Below are positions 39,534 to 51,093 of a stretch of DNA of 64,000 nt, one piece after another. This stretch comes from Cytophagales bacterium (GTDB lineage: Bacteria > Bacteroidota > Bacteroidia > Cytophagales > Cyclobacteriaceae). A model generated the notes under the pieces. It saw only the letters and a list, made by a program, of their open reading frames with translations, searched no databases and had not been told where the DNA came from. The translations under genes were made by a program, and so were the position numbers. How positions within the stretch are numbered: position 1 is the stretch's first letter; every line of letters starts with the position of its first letter. The stretch is from assembly GCA_038209145.1 (NCBI GenBank), contig JBBQXZ010000001.1, forward strand, positions 524 to 64,523, written 5' to 3'.

Positions 39534-40043
39534 ATGAAAACATTATTTGTATCAGCTTTTTTGATGCTGAGTTTTATTAGTTTAACTGTATTAGCCCAGG
39601 AGGAGTCGGAGGTAGTGACAGATGAAGAAATTGGAAAATTTGCCGTTATGGAAGATTCAGTTATGGCTTTTTATGAAAAAAAGAACGAAGAATTAATTGC
39701 CATGATACGCAACAATGAAGTTATCGAAGGTGCTGGGCGATACAATGAAATAAAAGGTGCATGGGATGATGTGGAAAAATTGGCAGAGATTGAGATAACT
39801 GATGAAGAAAAAGCCGCTTATGAGGAGGTTTTAGCTTTTATGGGTTCTCTGGGTGATGAGGTTCGCGAACTTAAAATTGAATTGATCAAAAACGACGAGA
39901 TATTGGGCATCGCTACCTTTAACAAGGTGAACAAAGCAATGAAAGAAAACCCTGAAGTGAAAGAAAAGGTAGAATCTTTACAAGCTGAACTCAAGGAAAA
40001 AAGAATGTCAGATGAGGACACTAATAGTGAAACTGGTACATAA
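39534..40043 (+). CDS. Exported acidic helical protein of unknown function
   Basis: Signal peptide (VLA-Q), Glu-rich, followed by a terminator. Confidence 0.75.
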   Translation: MKTLFVSAFLMLSFISLTVLAQEESEVVTDEEIGKFAVMEDSVMAFYEKKNEELIAMIRNNEVIEGAGRYNEIKGAWDDVEKLAEIEITDEEKAAYEEVLAFMGSLGDEVRELKIELIKNDEILGIATFNKVNKAMKENPEVKEKVESLQAELKEKRMSDEDTNSETGT

Positions 40044-40070
40044 GGACATACTGCAAAAGAATATTGAAAC

Positions 40071-40100
40071 AAAAAATCCCTCTTAGTGAGGGATTTTTTT
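40071..40100 (+). terminator. Rho-independent terminator
   Basis: AAAAAATCCCTC/GAGGGATTTTTT stem with T-run. Confidence 0.85.
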
Positions 40101-40186
40101 GTTTAGTTTGCGTTAGATATTGTTGTGGCCAATTGCTTGCTACGACCCATTTTCAAAAGTATTTCACTTTCAAAATACGAGCAGTT

Positions 40187-41197
40187 ATGCCAACACCTTA
40201 TTTATTTAAGCCACTAGTATGGGCTATAATTGTTTTTATAACCAGCTCCATGTCGGAAGCCTGGGCGCAGGATGATGATATATTTGGAATCGATCGGAAA
40301 CTAAGAGGTAATACACGAAAAAGTGAAAGTGAAATGGGGAATATATTTCGAAATGCCATTGGAAATTTTTCCTTTGAAGCTGCCATGGGATCGGGATTAC
40401 ATTCCAGCGCACTTACCTTCCATAGTCAGACACCTAATGAATATCCGAATATTAATTCAATTTTGACCGATAATTCCCCGGATATCAGTGCAGAAGACAC
40501 GCTTACCTTTCGGGGAGTACAGTTTGCCCATTTTGCACAGCTTGGTGTAAAACTGAATTTGTTTGGGTTACTCATTGTAGGAGGCGGGTATGGGCGGGAG
40601 TGGGGAAGAATGGATCCCTTAAAGCTAGAAGACTTCAGGTTTGGATTTGAAAATCCCAACTACACCTTCGACAAGTTGTTTGGAACGGTAGGAATAGTAT
40701 TGTTCGATGCCAATAAAAGGGCAGCTTTCTTAAACTGGCGGTATAAAAAGTATGATTCAAACAACTTTTACATGCAAACCGAAAAAAGGCTTCGGATTCA
40801 ACAGGAATACCTTTGGCGGTTTATCCTTGATGGTGAATTTGGCAAACTGATATCCCGGGGGAATTTCGATAGTCAGGTGTCCATTGATGAGCCCTATTAT
40901 GGCGTGGGGTTTCGGATAGAAAGAGACTTGTCCAAGTACACCCATCTCTATATCAGGCCTGCCGTGTCTATACGTAACCTTAGCTATGGAAGGGCAGATC
41001 TCTTGGAAAGCCAAGCGATGACCCAAACTTTGGCCTCCATACAAGTCGGTGCATCAATCAGAATCCCAAGCACAAAAAAGTGCAAAGTACCGGGTTGCGG
41101 GGTAGTCATGGAACACATACATAATGGGGTAGAGTATAGGGGAAGCTCTATCTGGAAGCGTCAACACAGAAAAGTAGGACAGTGGTACGGAAACTAG
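40187..41197 (+). CDS. Exported, probable outer-membrane beta-strand protein with Cys/His-rich C-terminus
   Basis: Signal peptide (AWA-Q), OMP-like strands, tail CKVPGCGVVMEHIH. Confidence 0.7.
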   Translation: MPTPYLFKPLVWAIIVFITSSMSEAWAQDDDIFGIDRKLRGNTRKSESEMGNIFRNAIGNFSFEAAMGSGLHSSALTFHSQTPNEYPNINSILTDNSPDISAEDTLTFRGVQFAHFAQLGVKLNLFGLLIVGGGYGREWGRMDPLKLEDFRFGFENPNYTFDKLFGTVGIVLFDANKRAAFLNWRYKKYDSNNFYMQTEKRLRIQQEYLWRFILDGEFGKLISRGNFDSQVSIDEPYYGVGFRIERDLSKYTHLYIRPAVSIRNLSYGRADLLESQAMTQTLASIQVGASIRIPSTKKCKVPGCGVVMEHIHNGVEYRGSSIWKRQHRKVGQWYGN

Positions 41198-41350
41198 CAT
41201 CAAGTATTTTTGAGATTCTAAAAAAATTAGATAAATCGACAATTAGAAAATAAATTTAATATGTTAAAATTGGTTTCTAGGTAAAATTTTATTTTTCGGA
41301 AATGGCTATTTTTTTGTATCTTGCCGTTTATTAGTGAGATAATTTTGAAT

Positions 41351-43888
41351 ATGGCTCAAGGAGAAAACGAGAACATCATACCTATTAATATTGAGGATGA
41401 AATGCGGGGGGCCTATATCGATTATTCGATGTCGGTTATTGTTTCCCGGGCACTGCCTGATGTAAGAGATGGCTTAAAGCCTGTTCACCGGAGGATATTG
41501 TACGGTATGCAGGAATTGGGAGTATCCCACAATAAACCCTATAAGAAATCAGCCAGAATTGTGGGCGAGGTATTGGGTAAATACCACCCTCACGGAGATT
41601 CGGCAGTTTATGAAACCTTGGTGAGAATGGCGCAGCATTGGTCACTGAGGTATCCCTTGGTTGATCCCCAAGGAAACTTCGGCTCTGTAGATGGAGACAA
41701 TCCCGCCGCCATGCGATATACAGAGGCTAGGTTGAGGAGAATTGCCGAAGAGCTTTTGATTGATATCAACAAAGAAACCGTTGACTTTCAATTTAACTTT
41801 GATGACACCTTAAAAGAACCTGTTGTACTTCCCGCCAAGATTCCAGCTTTGCTACTCAACGGGGCTTCCGGGATAGCAGTCGGGATGGCCACCAACATGG
41901 CTCCCCATAACCTTAGGGAAGTAGTAGATGGAATAGTTGCGTATATAGACAACACAGACATTACCATACCCGAGCTGATGGAACATATCATAGCTCCTGA
42001 TTTCCCCACCGGAGGAATTATATACGGGTATAATGGAGTAAAATCTGCTTTTGAAACAGGCCGTGGTCGCATCATCATGCGGGGTAAGGCAAATGTAGAA
42101 CTGAAGGACAACGGGAAAGAAATGATTATCATTACTGAAATCCCTTATCAGGTCAACAAAGCAGGAATGGTAGAAAAAACCGCACAGCTCATCAATGAGA
42201 AAAAGCTGGATGGAATATCTGCCATCAGGGATGAATCCGACAGGCAGGGTATGCGCATTGTTTATGAACTTAAAAAGGATGCCGTCGCCAACGTCGTACT
42301 CAATAATTTATATAAGCATACCCAATTACAAACCTCATTCAGTGTCAACAATGTAGCGTTGGTGAAAGGCAGGCCATATACGCTAAATCTGAAGGACCTT
42401 ATTGTTCATTATGTCAACCACCGCCATGAGGTTGTGGTGAGAAGGACCGAATACGAGCTGAAGGAGGCGGAGAAGAGAGCCCATATTCTTGATGGATATT
42501 TGATAGCTTTAGATCATTTGGATGAAGTTATCAGTTTAATCCGGGCCTCCAGAGACCCGGAAACGGCGAGAACAGGTCTCATGGAGCGGTTTGAGCTGTC
42601 AGAAATACAAGCAAGGGCAATCTTGGACATGCGTTTGCAGCGTCTTACCGGCATGGAGCGTGAAAAGATCCAAAAAGAGTACGATGAGTTGATGATTCTG
42701 ATCGAAGAATTGAAAGAGATACTGGCTGATGAAGGCAAGCGCATGCAAATCATCAAAGATGAGCTTGCTGAAATCCGGGAACGGTATGCCGATGAGCGCA
42801 GGACGGTCATTGAGCACAATGCTGAAGACTTCAATTATGAGGATATGATTCCCAATGAGGAAGTCGTGATTACAGTCAGCCATCAGGGGTACATCAAACG
42901 CACTGTGCTTACTGAATACAAGACGCAGAGTAGGGGAGGTGTGGGATCCAAAGGAGTAACGACAAAGGAGGACGACTTTACAGAATATTTATTTACTGCC
43001 CTTACCCATAATTATTTGCTTATATTTACGGATAAAGGTAAATTGTTCTGGCTAAAAACATATGCCATCCCGGAGGGGGGGAAAACTTCAAAAGGAAGAC
43101 CCATCCAAAACTTGATCAATATTGAAAGTGGGGACAAAATCCGCTCAATCATTCAAGTGAGAGATTTGTCAGATGAGGATTATATCAACAATAATTACCT
43201 GGTGATGATTACCAAGAAAGGCATCATCAAAAAAACCACCCTCGAACAGTACAGCAGACCTCGAACAAATGGAATCATTGCACTGAATATCAGGGAAGAT
43301 GACCAGTTGGTTAACGTGGAAATGACTAACGGTGACACGAATATCGTGATTGCCTCAAGTTCTGGAAGAGCGGTCCATTTCCACGAATCGAACGTTAGGC
43401 CCATGGGTAGGACAGCAACTGGGGTAAAAGCTATAAATCTCGGTGGTGGGAATTTCCATGTTATTGGCATGGTTTGTGTATCAAGAAATGATGCGACCTT
43501 GCTTGTAGTTTCTGAAAAAGGATATGGAAAAAGATCCTATCTTACCGAGTATAGGATTACAAACAGAGGTGGAAAGGGAGTAAAGGCAATGAGTGTTACT
43601 GATAAAACAGGAGGCTTGGTAGCCATTAAAGAAGTAATGGATACCGATGACTTGATGATTATCAATAAATCAGGAATAGCCATACGAACGCCGGTCGCCG
43701 GTGTGCGTGTAATGGGTAGAGCCACCCAAGGTGTCCGGCTAATCAAATTAAATGATACGGATGAGATTTCTTCCATCGAAAAGATTAAAAACATCATTGA
43801 CGAAACCGAAAATCAATTGCCGGAATCAGACCAAAATCTGAAAACCGATAATGACAACGGGGATTTCGAAAATGAAGAAAATACCTAA
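41351..43888 (+). CDS. gyrA: DNA gyrase subunit A
   Basis: [36 protein letters not shown], GyrA-box QSRGGVG. Confidence 0.98.
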   Translation: MAQGENENIIPINIEDEMRGAYIDYSMSVIVSRALPDVRDGLKPVHRRILYGMQELGVSHNKPYKKSARIVGEVLGKYHPHGDSAVYETLVRMAQHWSLRYPLVDPQGNFGSVDGDNPAAMRYTEARLRRIAEELLIDINKETVDFQFNFDDTLKEPVVLPAKIPALLLNGASGIAVGMATNMAPHNLREVVDGIVAYIDNTDITIPELMEHIIAPDFPTGGIIYGYNGVKSAFETGRGRIIMRGKANVELKDNGKEMIIITEIPYQVNKAGMVEKTAQLINEKKLDGISAIRDESDRQGMRIVYELKKDAVANVVLNNLYKHTQLQTSFSVNNVALVKGRPYTLNLKDLIVHYVNHRHEVVVRRTEYELKEAEKRAHILDGYLIALDHLDEVISLIRASRDPETARTGLMERFELSEIQARAILDMRLQRLTGMEREKIQKEYDELMILIEELKEILADEGKRMQIIKDELAEIRERYADERRTVIEHNAEDFNYEDMIPNEEVVITVSHQGYIKRTVLTEYKTQSRGGVGSKGVTTKEDDFTEYLFTALTHNYLLIFTDKGKLFWLKTYAIPEGGKTSKGRPIQNLINIESGDKIRSIIQVRDLSDEDYINNNYLVMITKKGIIKKTTLEQYSRPRTNGIIALNIREDDQLVNVEMTNGDTNIVIASSSGRAVHFHESNVRPMGRTATGVKAINLGGGNFHVIGMVCVSRNDATLLVVSEKGYGKRSYLTEYRITNRGGKGVKAMSVTDKTGGLVAIKEVMDTDDLMIINKSGIAIRTPVAGVRVMGRATQGVRLIKLNDTDEISSIEKIKNIIDETENQLPESDQNLKTDNDNGDFENEENT

Positions 43889-43930
43889 AACAATAAACTT
43901 ATAAACCAATAAAGACTTAAAATCGTGATC

Positions 43931-45142
43931 ATGAAAAAGTTAATTTTGTCATTAGCTTTGGTTGGAATAGCCACCACGCTAGCATTTGGCCAAAAGAAAG
44001 TAGTCAAATCTGCCGAAAGAAATATGAGAAAGGGAAGCTTAGAGGAAGCCTATGGTGAAATCAAGGGAGCTTTGGAAGATCCTGAAACCAGCGGCGACCC
44101 CAACACATTTCTGCTCAAGGGCAAGATAGAGACAAAGATGTTTGAAGCTGATTCTTCAAACACCATGGAGAATTTAACTTACGGAATCTCTGCTAAGGAG
44201 AGTTTTATGACTACTTTCGAAATGGAGGGTAATGATTCAACTACCAAAGTAAGTAATGACCTTTTCAAAGAAGTGTTGCCAGACATGCCTGAAAACTTCC
44301 AAGGAGAGGGTATTTATAGGTTGAAAAATGCTGCTTTTAACAAGGCTCTCGACCGCTATGAAGATGATGACATGGAAATGGCATTTGAATTCTTTTCTTT
44401 AGCTGCAGATTTGGATCCAAAAGACACTACTAATGTGTTCAATGCCGGCTATACCGGAAACATGGTAGGAGAATCCCAACGGGCCAAAACCTATTTCACA
44501 AAGCTGTTGGATATCGACGAATACAATAAGTTAAATGCTTATTATTTTCTAATCCAAATTGCTTCTGCTGAGGATAATAACCCAGAGGAAGCTTATAGGC
44601 TAGTTTCCGAAGCAAGGAAAATTTATACAGATGATAAAGGCTTGGCAGAATTCGAAATCCAACTTTTATTACAGCTGGATAAAATGGAAGAAGCAATGAC
44701 TTCCATCGAATCAGCCTTGAAGAATGATCCTGACAATACAGCTATCCGATTAAGATATGGGTATTTAAAAGAAAAATCAGGAGACATAGACGGGGCTTTG
44801 GAAGAATACACAAGAACAGTATCATCTGACGGCGAATTTTTTGAAGGCAACTATTATGCAGGTGCACTATACCTTGAAAAAGCTCGAAATATCATTACCG
44901 AAGTGAACAACCTCTCTGACGATGACTGGGAAGTAAAAGCTCCTGTTATGGTTAAGGAGGCCGATGATCTTTATGCAGATGCTTTACCTTACTTTTCAAA
45001 AGCTTCAGATTTAAAGCCTGATAATACGGATATAATGGAAATATTATATCAAATACACACAAGGTTGAAAAATGAAACGAAAGTTGAGGAATATGATAAA
45101 AAGCTTTCAGACCTGTTGGGATCAGATTGGTTGGAAAGATAA
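43931..45142 (+). CDS. Exported TPR protein
   Basis: Signal peptide (AFG-Q) and TPR repeats. Confidence 0.82.
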   Translation: MKKLILSLALVGIATTLAFGQKKVVKSAERNMRKGSLEEAYGEIKGALEDPETSGDPNTFLLKGKIETKMFEADSSNTMENLTYGISAKESFMTTFEMEGNDSTTKVSNDLFKEVLPDMPENFQGEGIYRLKNAAFNKALDRYEDDDMEMAFEFFSLAADLDPKDTTNVFNAGYTGNMVGESQRAKTYFTKLLDIDEYNKLNAYYFLIQIASAEDNNPEEAYRLVSEARKIYTDDKGLAEFEIQLLLQLDKMEEAMTSIESALKNDPDNTAIRLRYGYLKEKSGDIDGALEEYTRTVSSDGEFFEGNYYAGALYLEKARNIITEVNNLSDDDWEVKAPVMVKEADDLYADALPYFSKASDLKPDNTDIMEILYQIHTRLKNETKVEEYDKKLSDLLGSDWLER

Positions 45143-45162
45143 ATTTTCAAAACACAAACATT

Positions 45163-45198
45163 AAAAAGGACATTGATTTAGGTCAATGTCCTTTTTTT
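45163..45198. terminator. Bidirectional Rho-independent terminator
   Basis: AAAAAGGACATTGA/TCAATGTCCTTTTT stem between convergent genes, with T-runs on both strands. Confidence 0.88.
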
Positions 45199-46667
45199 TA
45201 TCTCAAATAGTCAGGATAACTTCCTAAATCAATCTGCCAAACATAGGGCAAAAGAAACAAAGTAATGATAACAACCACCAGAATAGAAATAACATTCATC
45301 CAAAATCCTGCTTTTATCATGGCAGGTATGGTTAAATAACCCGAACCAAAAACCACTGCGTTTGGAGGTGTTGCAACAGGCAACATAAAGGCGCAGCTTG
45401 CGGCGAATGTTGCTCCAACCATCAAGCCAAATGGGTGTACATTCATAGCCAGTGCCACAGCGGCTAAGATCGGTAAAAGCATGGAAGCTGTTGCTACATT
45501 GGAGGTAATCTCTGTCAAGAAATTTACTGCGGCAATGATGAAAAATAGAAAGACCCAAAATGGAACATGCTGAATAAGTATAAACTGCTCACCTATCCAC
45601 AGGGCTAGCCCGGTTTTTTGAAACCCAGTAGCCAAGGTCAATCCGCCTCCAAATAAAATCAAAATGCCCCAAGGTATTTTCTCAGCCACATTCCAATCCA
45701 GCAGTTTTTTGTTGTCCCCCTCTCCTGAAGGTAATACAAATAATAACATCACTCCAGTTAGGGCAATTATGGTATCATCCAATACTGGAATAAACCGCTG
45801 AAGTAAAAAAGTTCGGCAAATCCAGGCTGTACTCACTCCTATGAATACCCATAAAACCCTTTTTTCCTGTTTGGAAATCCTGCCTAATGCCTTTAATTGC
45901 CCATCGATTTCTTCCTTCCCACCTTTAGTTTGCTTCACCATGGTAAGATCAAAAGCGATATTCACCAAGTAATACCAACAGGAAACTAATAAAATTGCTG
46001 CAATGGGCAAACCGATCATCATCCATTGACTAAAACCTATTTCTACATCAAAAGATTTTTTAATAACGCCCACCAGGATAATATTGGTCGGCGTACCAAT
46101 GATAGTGGCCATACCTCCAATGCTTGCTCCATAGGCAATTCCCAGCATCAATGCACGGCCTATTGTTTTTTCTGCCAAAGATTTGTCTAAGGACTGATTT
46201 CCCAATTGTGAAATCACGGCAACGCCTATTGGAAGCATCATGAGGGAAGTTGCTGTATTGGATATCCACATGGATAAAAATCCCGTAGCAACCATGAAAC
46301 CGAGTATGATTTTTTTTAAATCTGTTCCCATAAACGCAATAATATTTAAGGCAATTCGCTTGTGAAGGTTCCATTTTTCAATGGAAACAGCGATCATAAA
46401 CCCACCCATGTAAAGTAAAACCATGGGATCAGAATAGGCCAACGACGTTTCTTTTATACCCAACACCCCTGTCAGAGGAAAAAGCAGTAAAGGCAAGAGT
46501 GCGGTGGCGGCAATGGGAATAGCCTCCGTAATCCACCACGTTGCAATCCAAGCTGTAATTGCCAATAAGGCAACTCCTTCACGCGACAAACCTGCAGGAA
46601 AGACAAACTGCAAAATTAGAAGGAAGAGGACGGGACCTAGCAAAAGTCCGATGCGGGAAGTGTTCAT
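45198..46667 (-). CDS. DASS/SLC13 family anion:sodium symporter
   Basis: WITEAIP, SMWISNTAT, IGTPTN, TEITSNVAT, AFMLPVATPPNA. Confidence 0.95.
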   Translation of the reverse strand: MNTSRIGLLLGPVLFLLILQFVFPAGLSREGVALLAITAWIATWWITEAIPIAATALLPLLLFPLTGVLGIKETSLAYSDPMVLLYMGGFMIAVSIEKWNLHKRIALNIIAFMGTDLKKIILGFMVATGFLSMWISNTATSLMMLPIGVAVISQLGNQSLDKSLAEKTIGRALMLGIAYGASIGGMATIIGTPTNIILVGVIKKSFDVEIGFSQWMMIGLPIAAILLVSCWYYLVNIAFDLTMVKQTKGGKEEIDGQLKALGRISKQEKRVLWVFIGVSTAWICRTFLLQRFIPVLDDTIIALTGVMLLFVLPSGEGDNKKLLDWNVAEKIPWGILILFGGGLTLATGFQKTGLALWIGEQFILIQHVPFWVFLFFIIAAVNFLTEITSNVATASMLLPILAAVALAMNVHPFGLMVGATFAASCAFMLPVATPPNAVVFGSGYLTIPAMIKAGFWMNVISILVVVIITLFLLPYVWQIDLGSYPDYLR

Positions 46668-46943
46668 AACTTAAATTGAAATTTAAGATTAAACACTTTT
46701 TCCGAAATATCAAAAATTAAAAATCTGTGTTAAAAATTTCCGGTCAAATAATTCTAATTGGATTTGATTGAGAATTCAGCTATAATTGATAACGTTTTGC
46801 AAAGATTCCAAATTAACAGGATAGTACAGGACAGTATTTCAGTTGTTCCACCTTTTATTTATATGTTGGAATCAGCAACAAATTAAAAACTTTCATTTCA
46901 TTATTCCGTGCCCATTAAAAAATTTAACCTTATTCACCACCAA

Positions 46944-49900
46944 ATGAAAAATTTGAACATACTTCTCAAAAGTTTTTTATTCGTGTTCCTCGTTTGGACA
47001 GCCGTTAGCTGTGGTCCAGAGGAAGAAGCGTTGACCTTGAGAAAAGGAAACCATATTATGCTGATTGGAAACAACCTGGGGTCGCGCATGATGGATTATG
47101 GACATTTCGAAACAGAAATGCATGTTAGGTATCCCGATTCCTTACTTTTTATCCGAAATATGAGTGATGCGGGGGATACGCCTGGCTTTAGGGCTCACTC
47201 GGGAAGAAATACTCCATGGGCATTTCCAGGTGCGGAAAAATTCCAAACGGAATTGGCAACACCCTCCGGTAGTGAAGGGCATTTGGAATACCCCGATGAG
47301 TGGCTTACTCGCTTGAAGGCAGACATCATAGTAGGCTTCTTTGGTTACAATGAGAGTTTCGAAGGTCTGGATGGGGTTGAGCTTTGGAAAGAAGAACTTG
47401 AGGCTTTTATTGAACATACCAAGGGACAAAATTACAATGGAAATCTCCCTGCACAATTGGCACTAGTATCTCCCATTGCCTTTGAAGACCTCTCTGACTT
47501 GTACGACTTACCTAATGGGGAGAAAGAAAATGAAAACCTGGCACTTTATACCCAGGCCATGAAAGAAGTAGCAGAAAGAAACCAGGTTTTTTTCATTGAC
47601 GCACTTGAGCCTTCCAAAAAATGGTATGCCTCCAGCAAAGACCCACTTACCATCGATGGGTTTCAGTTAAATGAAGAAGGCTATAAGAAATTTTCCGTTT
47701 TTTTGGCGGAAAAACTTTTTGGCAAAAACAAAGTGCGTGCTGAAGATTACCGCGCCCAAATCCATGAAACCGTAATGGAAAAAAACTGGATGTGGCATAA
47801 TGACTACAAAATACCCAACGGTGTTCACGTATTTGGTCGGAGGTATAATCCTTTCGGACCGGACAACTATCCCTTCGAAATTGAAAAAATACGGCAGATG
47901 ACTGACAATCGGGACCAGGCCATCTGGGCCGCCAACAAAGGAGAGTCCTTTGACTTGGTAACCGCAGATGCCAATACCCGCAAGTTGCCAGAAGTTGAAA
48001 CCAATTACAGCCCCGAAAAAAACGGAAGTTTGGAATATTTGTATGGACAGGCTGCTCTGGATAAAATCCAAGTTCCTGAAGGATATAAATTGGAGTTGTT
48101 TGCCTCCGAAGTCGAATTCCCTGATTTGGCAAACCCAGTCCAAATGACCTTTGACCACAAGGGCCGCCTGTGGGTAGCTGTAATGCCAAGTTATCCGCAC
48201 TACAAGCCGGGAGATGCAAAGCCAAATGACAAAATTCTGATTTTGGAAGATACCAACAAGGACGGCAAAGCCGATAAGCAAACTGTTTTTGCGGATGGCC
48301 TCCATCTGCCCATAGGATTGGAGATCGCTCCGGAAGGGGTATATGTATCTCAGGGTACAAATTTGGTGATCCTAAAGGACCTTGATGGCGATGATCACGC
48401 AGATACCAAAGAAATCCTGATGAGCGGTTTCGATGACCACGATACCCACCACAATATCAGTGCGTTTGTCGCAGACCCTTCAGGAGCTATTTATATGGGA
48501 GAGGGGGTATTCCTTCATACAAACGTGGAAACGCCCTATGGCCCAGTACGTGCTACCAACGGAGGGTTTTACCGATATAATCCGGCAAGAAGACACCTGG
48601 AAAGAACAGCCCAACTTCCCATTCCCAACCCGTGGGGAATAGCCTTCGATGAGTGGGGACAAAATTTCTTCGCCGAAACTTCCGGACCCGATGTACGTTG
48701 GATGATGCCGGGTTCTGTAAAACCGCGTTATGGGGAAGCAACACATAAAGGGGCTAACTTAATTGAAGACGCGCACCGTGTACGGCCCACCTCCGGACTG
48801 GAGTTTGTTTCCAGCAGGCACTTTCCTGATGAGGTTCAAGGAGATATGTTGATCAACAACACCATCGGCTTCCTTGGAATGAAGCAGCATGTAATGGAAG
48901 ATGACGGTACGGGTTATAAAAGCCGACACCGGCAAGATTTGGTGAAAAGTGATGACCGAAATTTCCGTCCAGTAGACATGGAATTTGCACCGGATGGATC
49001 GCTATATTTTATAGATTGGCACAATATCTTGGTAGGCCATATGCAGCACAATGCAAGAGATCCTTTACGTGACCATGTACATGGAAGGGTTTACCGCATT
49101 ACCTATCCCAGCCGACCTCTCATTACTCCGCCGCCAATAGCAGGAGCAAGCATTGATCAATTATTGGAAAACCTAAAACTACCCGAATTTCGGGCAAGGT
49201 ATAGAACCAGGTCTGAATTAAGGGGCAAAAATGTGGATGAAGTACTGTCTAAATTAAAAACTTGGGCAGAAAATCTGGACAAAAAGGACCCCAAGTATGA
49301 ACACCACGTGTTGGAAGCACTTTGGGTATCGTGGGGGCTAAATAAAGTAGATCAGGATTTGCTCAAGCAGATGCTGGAAGCCAACGATCCAAGAGCACGT
49401 GCAGCAGCGGCTAGGGTGTTGCGCTATACAGGTCATCAGGTGCCCAATCAACTTGTACTGTTAAAGCAGGCAGCTGCCGATGAGCATGGTAGGGTACGGC
49501 TAGAAGCAATCGTGGCTGCTTCCTGGATGGATAAAGACAGCGGATTGGAAATACTAGAGGTAGCCAATGTTCATCCCATGGATGATTGGATGATTAAAGC
49601 ATTTGAAACTTCGCTTGCGCATTTGAATGGTTTCTCCCTCAGTGATGTGGTTATCAGTGCCAGTGGGAGTATTGAATTTAAAAGTAAATCTCTGGATGAG
49701 GTTATGCCTTCATCAAACACCAATTTGAAGGGTGCCGAGTTGGCACTTTATGATAAGGGAAAAATTATTTATAGTAAGGAAGGTTTTTGTATAACTTGCC
49801 ATCAAGATGACGGTAAAGGGTTGACAGCCTCCGGTTTTCCACCTTTGGCAGGAACCCAATGGGTTACTGGCAATCAAGACCGCCTGATCAAAATCATTTT

Positions 49901-50165
49901 AAATGGCCTAATGGGTCCCATAGAGGTATTGGGTAAGGAGTATCCAGGCCAAGTTCCCATGACCCCATACGGGGGCATGCTAAATGATGAGGAAATTGCT
50001 TCGGTGGCTACCTATGTAAGGAATTCATTTGGAAACGAGGCATCTTCAATTACACCTGCAAAGGTCAAATCCGTTCGTGAAGCCATTGCTGGTAAAAAGG
50101 GATTTTATTCGCCCACCGAACTTCTTCAGGAACATCCCATGGAGATGCCTACTGCAAGTAAATAG
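46944..50165 (+). CDS. Lipoprotein with SGNH-like domain, beta-propeller (PVC-type heme-binding protein family), HEAT repeats and C-terminal cytochrome c
   Basis: Lipobox AVS-C; PVQMTFDHKGRLWV, NPWGIAFDEWG, FRPVDMEFAPDGSLYFIDW, HGRVYRI; heme motif CITCHQ, FPPLAG, distal Met. Confidence 0.88.
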   Translation: MKNLNILLKSFLFVFLVWTAVSCGPEEEALTLRKGNHIMLIGNNLGSRMMDYGHFETEMHVRYPDSLLFIRNMSDAGDTPGFRAHSGRNTPWAFPGAEKFQTELATPSGSEGHLEYPDEWLTRLKADIIVGFFGYNESFEGLDGVELWKEELEAFIEHTKGQNYNGNLPAQLALVSPIAFEDLSDLYDLPNGEKENENLALYTQAMKEVAERNQVFFIDALEPSKKWYASSKDPLTIDGFQLNEEGYKKFSVFLAEKLFGKNKVRAEDYRAQIHETVMEKNWMWHNDYKIPNGVHVFGRRYNPFGPDNYPFEIEKIRQMTDNRDQAIWAANKGESFDLVTADANTRKLPEVETNYSPEKNGSLEYLYGQAALDKIQVPEGYKLELFASEVEFPDLANPVQMTFDHKGRLWVAVMPSYPHYKPGDAKPNDKILILEDTNKDGKADKQTVFADGLHLPIGLEIAPEGVYVSQGTNLVILKDLDGDDHADTKEILMSGFDDHDTHHNISAFVADPSGAIYMGEGVFLHTNVETPYGPVRATNGGFYRYNPARRHLERTAQLPIPNPWGIAFDEWGQNFFAETSGPDVRWMMPGSVKPRYGEATHKGANLIEDAHRVRPTSGLEFVSSRHFPDEVQGDMLINNTIGFLGMKQHVMEDDGTGYKSRHRQDLVKSDDRNFRPVDMEFAPDGSLYFIDWHNILVGHMQHNARDPLRDHVHGRVYRITYPSRPLITPPPIAGASIDQLLENLKLPEFRARYRTRSELRGKNVDEVLSKLKTWAENLDKKDPKYEHHVLEALWVSWGLNKVDQDLLKQMLEANDPRARAAAARVLRYTGHQVPNQLVLLKQAAADEHGRVRLEAIVAASWMDKDSGLEILEVANVHPMDDWMIKAFETSLAHLNGFSLSDVVISASGSIEFKSKSLDEVMPSSNTNLKGAELALYDKGKIIYSKEGFCITCHQDDGKGLTASGFPPLAGTQWVTGNQDRLIKIILNGLMGPIEVLGKEYPGQVPMTPYGGMLNDEEIASVATYVRNSFGNEASSITPAKVKSVREAIAGKKGFYSPTELLQEHPMEMPTASK

Positions 50166-50192
50166 AAACAGTTGATTCCATAATTTAATGAT

Positions 50193-50221
50193 AAAGGCAG
50201 TCCTAACTAGGGGCTGCCTTT
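50193..50221 (+). terminator. Hairpin terminator
   Basis: AAAGGCAGTCC/GGGCTGCCTTT stem (one G-U pair) 28 nt after the stop; short T-run. Confidence 0.65.
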
Positions 50222-50739
50222 GCTGTTTAGCGTGAAAGAAAGGTCTTTCCACAGTGTATGTGGGCTTTGACATTTCTTCCAATCAAGAAAACCTGAAGTT
50301 GAAAGGCATGATTTGAAAAAACCATAACCATTCTCACCTTATAAAGGTCATAAGTTAGATACATAAATTTTAACAAAAAAAATCCGTTTTAAAACTATTT
50401 ACCCTTCATTAAGGGCTGATACTTTATTAAATTGACATACATAGAGCAACGATTGATTTTTTTCGATAAACTAAATATTATATAATCAATGTTTTACAAG
50501 GAACAAAAAGTAGGTAGTTAAATGCTGACCTCTATCACTTTATTAGCGGAAGTAGTTTTTATCTCCAGGTTTTAATTTAGCTGTTAATTAGTTCATCATT
50601 AAATTTCGTTATAGCATGCAATGACCCGAAAACTTTTTACTTTTAGGATAATTTTTTTCTCAAAAGTAAATTTTTCAACAGAAAAATTACCTCTTCAATT
50701 AAGTTTTACAATCAAAGCAAGTATGGCGGCAAACTAGAG

Positions 50740-51093
50740 TCATGATTCCAAGAAAATTTTCATTGACTCAAAAAAGATATATGAATTTAAAAAAAGAAAA
50801 AATAATGCCGGCAAAGATACCCACAAACCGTCTTTTATCTTTAACCTGACTGCTACGCCTAAAAACATCAATAAAGCCAACCCTCCGGACGAAATTAATA
50901 AAATTGGGCTAATTAATAATCCAACCAGCAAACCTACCGCCCCAAGGATCTCTAAAACTGCTGTAAGGCCTCCCAATTTACCCAACCCAAAGCGGATAAA
51001 TTCATTTTTCATGTGTGGAGAGGTAAAATAAGCTATTCCGTAAGCTAAAAAGGATAGACTCGAAATGAGAATCATAACATCCAGTAAACGCAT
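50740..51093 (-). CDS. DoxX-like small membrane protein
   Basis: M..EF.RFG, LEILGAVGLLVG, LMFLGVAVRLK; starts at a TAATG overlap with the upstream gene. Confidence 0.82.
   Translation of the reverse strand: MRLLDVMILISSLSFLAYGIAYFTSPHMKNEFIRFGLGKLGGLTAVLEILGAVGLLVGLLISPILLISSGGLALLMFLGVAVRLKIKDGLWVSLPALFFLFLNSYIFFESMKIFLES

Noticed and set aside
50300-50740. AT-rich stretch with a short ATTGATT/AATCAAT inverted pair, a possible att site
   Set aside because: No integrase, tRNA target or matching second copy was found in the window.
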